From Mycobacteriaceae bacterium (lineage in GTDB: Bacteria > Actinomycetota > Actinomycetes > Mycobacteriales > Mycobacteriaceae): 37,287 bases of DNA. The first letter of the stretch is position 1. Every line of letters begins with the position of its first letter. This document shows, in pieces, positions 1 through 7,722 of this stretch. The position numbers were made by a program, and so were the translations under genes. Below the pieces are notes generated by a model. The model made no database searches, was not told the origin of the DNA, and saw only the letters and a list, made by a program, of their open reading frames with translations. Location of the stretch: assembly GCA_013362555.1 (NCBI GenBank), contig JABFVX010000395.1, forward strand, positions 1-37,287, in the 5' to 3' direction.

Positions 1-1158
1 GACGAGCGCCGCGGCGGGCGGCGCCCGCGCAACGGTGTAGTAGGAGTGGAAGATTCCGGCCATGAAGCTAAAGGTCAGTCCGGTGGTCAGCAGCCAGACG
101 CCCCACAGCAGCAGCGCGGCGCGCGGGCCGTCGGTACGGGCGGCTCTGCCGCGCAACGCTATTCCGGCGACGAGCAGCACCAGCGCGGCGGGCAGCAGCC
201 AGGCGATCTGGCCGCCCTGCTGGGAATCGAACATTCGGGTGATGCCGGTGTCACCCCAGTGCGGGCCGCCGCCGGGCGGGCCGTCCCCGCCGGGCATGAC
301 CGAACCGTGCTCCTCGCCGTTGAGTCGGCCCAGGCCGTTGTAGCCCAGGGTCAGCTCCATGATCGAATTGTGGTGGGAGCCGCCGATCCACGGACGGGAC
401 GAGGCGGGCCAGAGTTCCACCGTGAGCAGCCACCACCCGGCGGCGGCCACCATCGCGACCCCCGCGGCGAACAGATGCAGCACCCGGCGCCACAGTCCGA
501 GCGGACCCGCGACGAGGTAGGTCAGCGACAGCGCGGGCACGACGAGCATCACCTGCAGCTGCTTGGCGAGAAATCCGAACCCGACTAGCGCGCCGCAGGC
601 CAGCAGCCACCGCAGCCTGCCGTGCGAACCCGGTTCCACCGCGCGCAGCATCGCCCAGGCGGCCGCGGTCACCAGCAGCGCCAACATCGCGTCGGGGTTG
701 TCGAAGCGGAACATCAACGCCGCCACCGGAGTCGCCGCCAGCGCCAGCCCGGCGAGCAGGCCCGCGGCAGGGCCGAAGCAGCGGCGCACGCTGCGCCACA
801 GCAGTGCCACCGCGGCCATGCCCATCAAGACCTCCGGCACGTGCAGGCTCCAGCTGTTCAAGCCGAACAGCCGCACGGCCAGCTCCATCGGCCACAGCGA
901 CGCGGGCGGCTTGTCCACGGTGATGGAGTTCGCCGCGTCGGACGAGCCGAAGAAGAAGGCCTTCCACGACCGCGAACCCGCTTGCACCGCGGCGGCATAG
1001 AACGCGTTGCCCCAGTGATTGGAGCCGAGGTTCCACAGGTAGGCCAGCGCGGCGCCGGTCAGCAGCACCGCGGCGGCGATGCGTTCGCGCGGCGCGGTCG
1101 GGGGCGCCGAGGTTGCGGCCGCGGGCGGGGCCGTCGGGGGAGTCAGCAGGTCCGTCAC
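1..1158 (-). CDS. GT39/ArnT-like (PMT_2) integral-membrane glycosyltransferase; the 3' end runs off the left edge
   Basis: Absent from the ORF track because it has no stop inside the window. My translation from GTG at 1158 reads VTDLLTPPTAPP...YLWNLGSNHWGNAFYAAAVQAGSRSWKAFFFGSSDAANSITVDKPPASLWPMELAVRLFGLNSWSLHVPEVLMGMAAVALLW.... It is multi-TM and carries the family-typical N-terminal loop. The GTG overlaps the upstream stop (GTGA). The listed ORF 251..1036(-) is a shadow frame. Confidence 0.75.
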   Translation of the reverse strand, partial: MTDLLTPPTAPPAAATSAPPTAPRERIAAAVLLTGAALAYLWNLGSNHWGNAFYAAAVQAGSRSWKAFFFGSSDAANSITVDKPPASLWPMELAVRLFGLNSWSLHVPEVLMGMAAVALLWRSVRRCFGPAAGLLAGLALAATPVAALMFRFDNPDAMLALLVTAAAWAMLRAVEPGSHGRLRWLLACGALVGFGFLAKQLQVMLVVPALSLTYLVAGPLGLWRRVLHLFAAGVAMVAAAGWWLLTVELWPASSRPWIGGSHHNSIMELTLGYNGLGRLNGEEHGSVMPGGDGPPGGGPHWGDTGITRMFDSQQGGQIAWLLPAALVLLVAGIALRGRAARTDGPRAALLLWGVWLLTTGLTFSFMAGIFHSYYTVARAPPAAALV

Positions 1159-2393
1159 CGGTCGACCGCCTGCTCCGGGGCGGGGGCGCGGAAGACCAGG
1201 CGCAGCCCGACGAACCGGGACACGGTCGCCGCCAAGTTGGCGAAGATCAGCACGAGCAACTCCAATTCCCTTGTCGCGCGGGGCGTCCAATGGTGCAGAA
1301 CGAACAGTGCGCCGCTGGTGATCGCCAGGCCGAGGGCGAAGATCAGCAGCCCCTGGACCTGGTGCCGCGCGGCATTTCGGCGGCCCCGCACCCCGAATGT
1401 GAACACCCGGTTGGCGGCGGTGTTGCCGATCGCGGTGACGAGCAGCGCGAGGAAATTCGCGGCCTGCCCGCCGAACAGCGGCTGCAGCGCCAGATACAAC
1501 ACCAGGTAGGCCAGCGTGCTGGCGATGCCGATGAGGCCGAAGCGCACCAGCTGGCCCACCATGCCGCGCGGCACGCCGGGCACCAGCGGCTCACGGCCTG
1601 CGGCCCTGCGCAACTCGTCCAGCGGCAGCGAGCCGGTGGCCAGCGCGCGGGCCAGCCTGCATACGCCGAGCAGGTCCTTTCGGACGGTGTCGGCGAGGTC
1701 GACTCGGCTGTCGGGGTCGTCGACCCAGTCCACCGGCACCTCGTGGATCCGCAGCCCGGCGCGCTCGGCCAACACCAGCAACTCGGTGTCGAAGAACCAT
1801 TCGCCGTCCTCGACCAGCGGAAGCAGCCTGCGCGCGATATCGGTGCGCATGGCCTTGAAACCGCACTGCGCGTCGGAGAATCGGGCTTGCAGCGACGTAC
1901 GCAGCAGCAGGTTGTAGCCGCGCGAGATGAGCTCGCGCTTCGGTCCGCGCACGACCCGCGCGGCGGAGTCCAGCCGGGTGCCGATCGCGATGTCGGAATG
2001 CCCGGACAGCAGCGGAGCGACCAGCGGCAGCAGGGCGTTGAGATCGGTGGACAGGTCCACGTCCATATACGCGACCACCGTGGCGTCGGAGTCGGCCCAG
2101 GCCGCCTTCAGGGCCCGGCCGCGGCCTTTGCGGTCGAGATGCAACACCCGCACGGTGTCGAACTCGGCGGCGAGACGCTCGGCCACCGCGGCGGTGTCGT
2201 CGGTGCTGGCGTTGTCCGCGATGGTGATTCGGGCGGACAGCGGCAGCTGCTCCGCCACGTACTCGCTGAGCCGACGCACACAGCGGGGCAGGTCCGCTTC
2301 CTCGTTGTATACCGGCACGACAATGTCGAGGACCGGGTGCGGCGCGGACTCGACACGCGACTCCGTGGCAATTGTTGTGCTCTGCGGTGTCAT
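1155..2393 (-). CDS. Bifunctional family-2 glycosyltransferase (polyprenol-phosphate glycosyltransferase type) fused to a GtrA-like membrane domain
   Basis: ORF 1155..2717(-). The GT2 core reads VLDIVVPVYNEEADL...DNASTDDT...YMDVDLSTD...AQCGFKA. The C-terminal 4-TM part is GtrA-like (VRFGLIGIASTLAYLVLY...ANRVFTFG). I chose ATG at 2393 (MTPQSTT...). The upstream in-frame extension is Arg-rich and crosses a repeat element. Confidence 0.8.
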   Translation of the reverse strand: MTPQSTTIATESRVESAPHPVLDIVVPVYNEEADLPRCVRRLSEYVAEQLPLSARITIADNASTDDTAAVAERLAAEFDTVRVLHLDRKGRGRALKAAWADSDATVVAYMDVDLSTDLNALLPLVAPLLSGHSDIAIGTRLDSAARVVRGPKRELISRGYNLLLRTSLQARFSDAQCGFKAMRTDIARRLLPLVEDGEWFFDTELLVLAERAGLRIHEVPVDWVDDPDSRVDLADTVRKDLLGVCRLARALATGSLPLDELRRAAGREPLVPGVPRGMVGQLVRFGLIGIASTLAYLVLYLALQPLFGGQAANFLALLVTAIGNTAANRVFTFGVRGRRNAARHQVQGLLIFALGLAITSGALFVLHHWTPRATRELELLVLIFANLAATVSRFVGLRLVFRAPAPEQAVDR

Positions 2394-2607
2394 GACGGCC
2401 AGTCTTCGGCCGCCGCGTGCACCCCAGCCGGCACCAGCCTGCGAGGTCGCTGCGAGCCGCGCGCCCCTCAGGCGAAACCACCGCGGCGTTCGGGAGTTAC
2501 GGGTCGCCATGAGATACCCACTATGCGCACGATGCGACCGGCCGCCGGCCGGACGCTCGCGAAACGGCAGGCCGCCACCTGTTTTTCGATGCCCGGACCG
2601 GGCACCC

Positions 2608-2738
2608 CCATCCACAATGACCCATGAGTTGCGTTGTTCAACGGCGCTGCTCGCGAGGCCCTGCGTGGTTACGCAAGCTGCCTCCTCGGGCCGCCGTCTC
2701 GCAGCGCGGAAACGCACGCCACGGGTCGTTCTGGAGGG
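2608..2738. repeat. Family-1 palindromic repeat, composite copy with one 75-bp inner module in the loop
   Basis: Left arm 2608..2633 is ccatccacaatgacccatgagttgcg. Right arm 2713..2738 is cgcacgccacgggtcgttctggaggg; 19 of 26 positions are complementary. The inner module 2634..2708 is nearly identical to the units at 18426..18575. The element ends 13 nt from the phoR stop. Confidence 0.85.
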
Positions 2739-2751
2739 TTTTTCGGCAGGC

Positions 2752-4155
2752 TCAGCAGCGCGGGAGGTCGACAGTGAAGGCGGCGCCTGCGCCGGGGGCG
2801 CTCTCGACGCGGACAGTGCCGCCGTGGGCTTCGACGAGGGACTTGACGATCGACAGCCCGAGGCCGGTGCCGCCCGCCGCGCGGGTGCGGGACTTTTCGC
2901 CCCGGTAGAAGCGCTCGAAGACCTTGTCGAGGTCTTCGAGCGACAATCCGGGCCCGTCGTCGGCGATCGCTATCCGCACGTGGTCCTTGGTCGACGTCAG
3001 CCGCACGGTGACCGTCGCCTCCGGCGGGGTGTGCGTCGTCGCGTTGCCCACCAGGTTCGCCAACACCTGATGCAGTCGCGCCCGGTCGCCGAGCACCTCG
3101 AAGGTTTCTTCCACAGCGGCGACGTCCAGGTCGATAACGCGGTGCGGCGCGCTCGCCCGGGCCGAATGCACTACGTCGCCCGCGACTTCGAGCAGGTCCA
3201 CCGAGTTCCGGTCGAGGGGACGCTGGGCATCCAGCTTGGCCAGCGTGAGCAGGTCCTCCACCAGCACACTCATGCGCTCGGACTCGCGGCCGATGCGATC
3301 CATCAGGGTCTCGGTGTCGGTCAAGGCGCCCTGGCGGTGCAGCTCGGCGAAACCGCGAATCGACGTCAGCGGCGTACGCAGCTCGTGGCCCGCGTCCGCG
3401 ACGAAGCGGCGCATCTTGGCCTCGGACTGGCGAGCCGACGCCTCGGACGCCTCGGTGACGGTGATGCCCTCGTGGATGCGGGCGAGCATGACGTTCAGCG
3501 CCTGCGCGAGCTTGTCCACCTCGGTGCGATTGCCGCGCAGGGGAACTCGGCGGTTCAAGTCGCCGGCGGCGATAGCGGCGGCGGTGTGCTCCACCTCCCG
3601 CAGCGGACGCAGGCTCCGGCGGATCACCAGGAACGCCGCCGCGCCCAGCAGGCCGAGCACCACCAGGCCTACCGAGATCTGCAGCACGATCAGCCGTGTC
3701 ACGGTCTCCTGGTCGTTGTTGAGCGGCGCCGCGACCGTGACCGATCCGCGCTGGTCGAACCCGGTCACGATGCGCCACTTGACGGGCGCCCCGCCCTCTG
3801 AACCCACTGTGACCGGCGTCGTGGCGGGCGGATTCGGCAAGGCGGGCGACACCTGTGACCCGTCGACCAGCGCCGCGTGGTTGTCGAGGCGCACGGTGTT
3901 GCCGTCGACGTCGCGGATCCACAGGAAGAACCGGGTCGGCGGGTGAAATCCGTTGGGCGGCGGCGGTGGTGGCGGCGGCGGTGGCCGGTCGGGCCGGGTC
4001 AGCTTCCGCGTTTCGTCCATGAGGTCGTGGTCGACCCAGCTCAGCAGTGAGCTCTGCATGGCTTTGGTCACCGCGATGTCGGAGATCAGCAAGCCCAGGC
4101 CCGCCAGGGTGACCAGGGTCAGGACCAGGCCGAGGCGCAGGGGCAGGCGGGTCAT
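2752..4155 (-). CDS. phoR: Sensor histidine kinase PhoR (mycobacterial PhoPR type)
   Basis: It is the lower part of track ORF 2752..5055(-). ATG at 4155 ([12 protein letters not shown]...) overlaps the phoP stop (ATGA). It has two TM segments, a HAMP region, an H-box (FVADAGHELRTPLTSIRGFAEL) and a G-box (GGTGLGLSIV). It aligns well with my recollection of Mtb PhoR. Confidence 0.85.
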   Translation of the reverse strand: MTRLPLRLGLVLTLVTLAGLGLLISDIAVTKAMQSSLLSWVDHDLMDETRKLTRPDRPPPPPPPPPPNGFHPPTRFFLWIRDVDGNTVRLDNHAALVDGSQVSPALPNPPATTPVTVGSEGGAPVKWRIVTGFDQRGSVTVAAPLNNDQETVTRLIVLQISVGLVVLGLLGAAAFLVIRRSLRPLREVEHTAAAIAAGDLNRRVPLRGNRTEVDKLAQALNVMLARIHEGITVTEASEASARQSEAKMRRFVADAGHELRTPLTSIRGFAELHRQGALTDTETLMDRIGRESERMSVLVEDLLTLAKLDAQRPLDRNSVDLLEVAGDVVHSARASAPHRVIDLDVAAVEETFEVLGDRARLHQVLANLVGNATTHTPPEATVTVRLTSTKDHVRIAIADDGPGLSLEDLDKVFERFYRGEKSRTRAAGGTGLGLSIVKSLVEAHGGTVRVESAPGAGAAFTVDLPRC

Positions 4156-4880
4156 CGGCGCGCGGCAGTGGGGTCGCGCAGGACGTATCCGACGCCGCGC
4201 AGGGTGTGGATGAGCTTGGGGTCGGTGGTGTCGACCTTGCGGCGCAGGTAAGAGATGTAGGACTCGACCACGCCCACCTCGCCGCCGAAGTCGTAGCGCC
4301 AGACGTGGTCGAGGATCTTCGGCTTGGACAGCACCGTGCCCGCGTTCACCATCAGGTAGCGCAGCAGGGTGAACTCGGTGGGCGACAGCGCCACCGGGGC
4401 GCCCGCTTTCCACACCTCGTGGGTGTCGTCGTCGAGTTCGATATCGGCGAACGCCACCCGAGAGCTGCGCTCGTCCGGGCCCTTGCCTGCCCGCCGCAGC
4501 ACCACGCGCAGCCGGGCGACCAGCTCGTCGAGGCTGAACGGCTTGGTGATGTAGTCGTCGGCGCCCAGCGTCAGGCCCGCCACCTTGTCTTCGACGTCGT
4601 CGCGGGCGGTGAGAAACAGGACAGGGGCGTCGATGCCGTCGGCCCGCAGCCGCCGCAAAAGCCCGAAGCCGTCCATACCGGGCATCATCACGTCGGCGAT
4701 GAGCACGTCGGGGCGGGCTTTGCGGGCCCGGTCGAGGGCTTCGGCGCCGTTGTTCGCCGTGCTGACCTCGAAACCCTGGAAGCGCAGGCTGGTGGACAGC
4801 AGCTCCACGATCATCGGCTCGTCGTCGACGACGAGGACCCGGGCTTCGGGAGACTGTTCCGTGCGCATGCTGACCATCAT
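4152..4880 (-). CDS. phoP: OmpR-family response regulator PhoP
   Basis: ORF 4152..4880(-). The stretch [28 protein letters not shown]...[21 protein letters not shown]...[18 protein letters not shown]...LRGVGYVLR is near-identical, block by block, to Mtb PhoP as I remember it. The start could instead be the ATG at 4868. Confidence 0.9.
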   Translation of the reverse strand: MMVSMRTEQSPEARVLVVDDEPMIVELLSTSLRFQGFEVSTANNGAEALDRARKARPDVLIADVMMPGMDGFGLLRRLRADGIDAPVLFLTARDDVEDKVAGLTLGADDYITKPFSLDELVARLRVVLRRAGKGPDERSSRVAFADIELDDDTHEVWKAGAPVALSPTEFTLLRYLMVNAGTVLSKPKILDHVWRYDFGGEVGVVESYISYLRRKVDTTDPKLIHTLRGVGYVLRDPTAARR

Positions 4881-4954
4881 CGCCCGCCCGCTGTCGCGGC
4901 GCCTGGGCGCTCCCTGGGAGTTTTCTGTGTGGAGAAATCAGTACGCTGCCGGGT

Positions 4955-5380
4955 ATGGCTTCTGTTTTCAGCGCGATTATCGCGGGTGACCTGCCGGGTC
5001 GGTTCGTCTGGGCCGACGAGGAGGTGGTCGCGTTCCTGACCATAAACCCGGTCACCCCCGGTCACACCCTGGTGGTTCCGCGGCGCGAGATCGATCAGTG
5101 GCAGGACGTCGACGGCGCGGAGTTCGGCAAGCTGACCGCCGTCGCGCAGCACATCGGGCGGGCCGTGCGCTCGGCGTTCGACGCTCCCCGCGCCGGCTTG
5201 CTCATTGCCGGATTGGAGGTGCCGCACCTGCACCTGCACGTCTTCCCGGCCTACAGCATGGGCGACTTCGACATTTCCGGCGCCGACCCCAGCCCGAGCG
5301 CCGAGTCCCTGGACGACGCCCAAACCAAGATCAAAGCCGCCTTGCGCGCTCTGGGCCACACCGCCGCCGTCCCGGCCTGA
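4955..5380 (+). CDS. HIT (histidine triad) family protein
   Basis: ORF 4955..5380(+). Triad motif [10 protein letters not shown]. The N-terminus [30 protein letters not shown] is typical of HIT/Hint proteins. It is divergent from phoP. Confidence 0.85.
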   Translation: MASVFSAIIAGDLPGRFVWADEEVVAFLTINPVTPGHTLVVPRREIDQWQDVDGAEFGKLTAVAQHIGRAVRSAFDAPRAGLLIAGLEVPHLHLHVFPAYSMGDFDISGADPSPSAESLDDAQTKIKAALRALGHTAAVPA

Positions 5381-5388
5381 ACCATTAA

Positions 5389-5441
5389 TTCCGGAATGAC
5401 CCATGAATTGCGCCTATCGCAATTCATGGGTCATTCCGGAA
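5389..5441. repeat. Family-1 palindromic repeat (perfect 24-bp arms, 5-nt loop)
   Basis: Sequence is ttccggaatgacccatgaattgcg-cctat-cgcaattcatgggtcattccggaa. It starts 8 nt after the HIT stop and lies 11 nt from the stop of the sORF on the other strand. Confidence 0.9.
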
Positions 5442-5452
5442 ATCTGTGTTGG

Positions 5453-5524
5453 TTAGGCCGAGCCGGTGAGCATGGCCGGGAGCAGGGCGCCGAGCACCTG
5501 CAGAACGCTCGCGAACGCATCCAT
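5453..5524 (-). CDS. Candidate 23-aa hydrophobic small protein (MDAFASVLQVLGALLPAMLTGSA)
   Basis: Hand-translated; it is below the ORF-track size cutoff. ATG at 5524 is preceded by GGAAGGAGAAACCG (AGGAG with 6-nt spacing). 20 of 22 third codon positions are G/C. TAA is at 5453. An in-frame stop lies 33 nt upstream. It sits 57 nt downstream of the ceramidase gene and is followed by a family-1 hairpin. Confidence 0.4.
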   Translation of the reverse strand: MDAFASVLQVLGALLPAMLTGSA

Positions 5525-5581
5525 CGGTTTCTCCTTCCATGTGCGGAGCGCACGCTACCGGCGGGTGCGCGCAGCGGGAAG

Positions 5582-7597
5582 CTATGTCACCGCGAATTCA
5601 CCGGAGGTTCCGGTGAAGGGCGTCACCCGGCCCGCGGCGTCTTTGCTGTCCCCTAGGTAGTGGATGCGGTACCGGCCGAGTGGAACACCCTGCGGAACAG
5701 TCCAACTGACGCGAACTCGGGAGCCGGACGCGCCGACGCGCGCCCAGCCGAACTCGGTGCACCAGTCGTTGTCGTCGAATTCTCGGCGCCAGCGGCCGCC
5801 GACGTGCCGCTGTATCTCGAGGTAGGTGCCGCCGAGGCGCAGGTTGTTGTGCGGGTGTGCGCCGACGAAACTCGCCGCCACGGTCTGCCCGGCGCGGCAC
5901 GTCGCGGCGGGCTGAGTGAGCACGTCGCCGAAGCGTCTGCCGTCGAGCGGGGTGTCGGCGGGCGGCGCGGGCGCCAGGTCCGGCTGGAAAGCCGAGCGGT
6001 CCAGCGGCGCCGGGCCGCGGCCGAGGTCGACCTGGGCAGCCAGGGCTTTGGCCAGGCGGTCGAACTCCTGCTGGTAGGCGCACAGCGTCCAGCGGCCGAA
6101 CATCGTCTCGCCGCCTTCGTACTGTTGCTGCGCGTACTCTTCCGGAGTGGTGACGTACTGGCTGTATGCATTTGAATAGCCTTGCAGCAGAACATTTTCC
6201 AGCGGCACGTTCAGCGCCTTCGCCACGGTGCGCCGGATGCGCAGCCCGGCCACGACGGTGAACTCGGCGGGCCCGGCGGCCAGCACCAGGTCGCCGATGC
6301 GCAGCAGCTGGATCGGCAGGACCTGCGGAATCCACGGCCCGCCCGGCATGATGCCGAGCGGGGCGGCGATCAGCTTGGGCGACTGGACGTCGCGCACCCA
6401 GTCCGGGACGTCGGGAATGCGTGCGCCCTCGGTGAAGAGGGGCAGCGGCTGCTCGAAGTTGTCCTCCATGCTGGTCGCCACCGCGCCTGCCCCCATCATG
6501 GCCGGGCTGGTGTGGGCGGTCCGGCCGTCCGGGGTGTAGGCGCCCGCGACAGTGACCGCGGACATGTCGACGTAGCGCAGCACGGCGTCGACGCCGTGCC
6601 TGCTCATCGGCCGGTCGTACGCGAAAGCCGCTCGGCCCGCGCGGTACTGGCGGTCGCCGATGACCGCGCAGTTGACCCGGGGGTTGTCGGTCGGTCCGGA
6701 GGGGTGCAGCGGCGCGACATTCAGGTTCGGAGTCATGTCGCCCGCGTTGGTCTGCGGAAATGCGGCGACGAACGCGGCCGGTCCGTCGAGGTGGCGCACG
6801 CCTTTCTCGTCGTGTTCCCACCGGTAGCTGGCGAAGCCCTTGTTGTCGCCCGCGATAAGCGTGTTCTTGTCGGTGAGTGAGGTGCCGTGCGTGGAGAACC
6901 ACGTGATCGCGCCGATGTCCGCGCCGCCCTGCCGGAATCGCAGGACGGTCACCGCGGGGTCGATCGCGTTCGGGAACGCGGCTTTGTCGGCGGCCGGGTT
7001 GGCCTCGAACGCCACCCGCGACCGGTTGGCGCTGGCGTCGTGCAGCTCGCCGCGGCCCAGGGTGACGGCGCCCGGAGCGAGCCGCTGGTGCGCTTGGCTG
7101 ATCGCCGCGACGATTCCGTCCACCTCGGCGCGCCATGAATTCTGCTTGAAGCCGTAGGCGGCCAGCGAATACGCGAAATCCCATGCGGTGCCGCCACAGG
7201 AGGCGTGGGTGTGGGTGGCGTTGAGGTTCACGTTGCGCTCGGTGTAGAGCCCGCCGAACCGCCTGGCCAGCTCGGCCATGACGCCCTGGTGCACCGACTG
7301 GAACAGGCAGGCGACGTCGGCGGTCACGAACGCCACCCGGTTCCCGGTGGCCCGGTCCACCACGATGTAGGCGCGGGCGTGGCAGCGCATCAGCAGCCCC
7401 TCGGCCACCTGCTTCGGCTCGGAGTACCCCATCATGCCCTGCCCCGCGACCGCCCCCGTCATGTCCGCGAGACCGCACCCCACCAGATACTCGCCCCCGA
7501 CGTCCGCCCCCGCAGCCCCCGTTGCGCCCCCGCCGACCCCGCCCACCCAAGCCGCCCCAACGACCCCCGCCAGCACCGATCGCCGGGACACCACCAT
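5582..7597 (-). CDS. Neutral/alkaline ceramidase, Tat-exported
   Basis: ORF 5582..7597(-). It has a twin-arginine signal (MVVSRRSVLAG). The stretches GCGLADMTG...GYSEPKQVAEGLLMRCHARAYIV and NATHTHASCGG are typical of bacterial neutral ceramidases. A GGAG lies 6 nt upstream of the ATG. ORF 5598..7661(-) is a shadow frame. Confidence 0.85.
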   Translation of the reverse strand: MVVSRRSVLAGVVGAAWVGGVGGGATGAAGADVGGEYLVGCGLADMTGAVAGQGMMGYSEPKQVAEGLLMRCHARAYIVVDRATGNRVAFVTADVACLFQSVHQGVMAELARRFGGLYTERNVNLNATHTHASCGGTAWDFAYSLAAYGFKQNSWRAEVDGIVAAISQAHQRLAPGAVTLGRGELHDASANRSRVAFEANPAADKAAFPNAIDPAVTVLRFRQGGADIGAITWFSTHGTSLTDKNTLIAGDNKGFASYRWEHDEKGVRHLDGPAAFVAAFPQTNAGDMTPNLNVAPLHPSGPTDNPRVNCAVIGDRQYRAGRAAFAYDRPMSRHGVDAVLRYVDMSAVTVAGAYTPDGRTAHTSPAMMGAGAVATSMEDNFEQPLPLFTEGARIPDVPDWVRDVQSPKLIAAPLGIMPGGPWIPQVLPIQLLRIGDLVLAAGPAEFTVVAGLRIRRTVAKALNVPLENVLLQGYSNAYSQYVTTPEEYAQQQYEGGETMFGRWTLCAYQQEFDRLAKALAAQVDLGRGPAPLDRSAFQPDLAPAPPADTPLDGRRFGDVLTQPAATCRAGQTVAASFVGAHPHNNLRLGGTYLEIQRHVGGRWRREFDDNDWCTEFGWARVGASGSRVRVSWTVPQGVPLGRYRIHYLGDSKDAAGRVTPFTGTSGEFAVT

Positions 7598-7633
7598 GAC
7601 TTACTCCATTCAGTTTTGACGCGTCAGCGTACC

Positions 7634-7711
7634 CAGACGCACGCTTTCTGGCCAGACGCACCGGATTCAGTCGCCTATTCGGGGTGCGTTTGGCAAGAAG
7701 GAGTGCGTTTG
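7634..7711. repeat. Family-3 palindromic repeat
   Basis: Left arm 7634..7664 is cagacgcacgctttctggccagacgcaccgg. Right arm 7680..7711 is cggggtgcgtttggcaagaaggagtgcgtttg. About 25 of 31 positions are complementary. It is related to the copy at 24870..24947. It ends 11 nt from the stop of the FAD oxidase gene. Confidence 0.8.
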
Positions 7712-7722
7712 TCGATCGAGGG

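Noticed and set aside
2669-3922. Long Arg/Pro/Gly-rich ORFs in alternative frames or on the opposite strand of clear genes. Examples are 251..1036(-), 622..1509(+), 1113..2627(+), 1927..3801(+), 2669..3922(-), 5598..7661(-), 7846..10569(+), 8999..10312(-), 11255..12799(-), 16709..17743(-), 18536..20755(-), 21174..23504(+), 21265..23985(-), 24920..26341(+), 27990..29408(-), 31863..33479(-) and 35682..37073(+).
   Set aside because: These are typical shadow ORFs of a 70% GC genome. They have extreme Arg/Ala/Gly/Pro composition and no recognisable domains. Each fully overlaps a frame with a clear homology-type signature and high GC3.
2752-5055. Very long track ORFs that look like giant or fused proteins: 2752..5055(-), 9058..11232(-), 24084..26321(-), 24953..27928(-), 29743..31707(+), 31029..33362(+), 36186..37181(-) and 1155..2717(-).
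   Set aside because: The upstream parts are read-through of the neighbouring gene in another frame, or of intergenic repeats. The true starts were placed at ATGA/GTGA/TGATG overlaps, at SD-preceded codons or at homolog-like N-termini.
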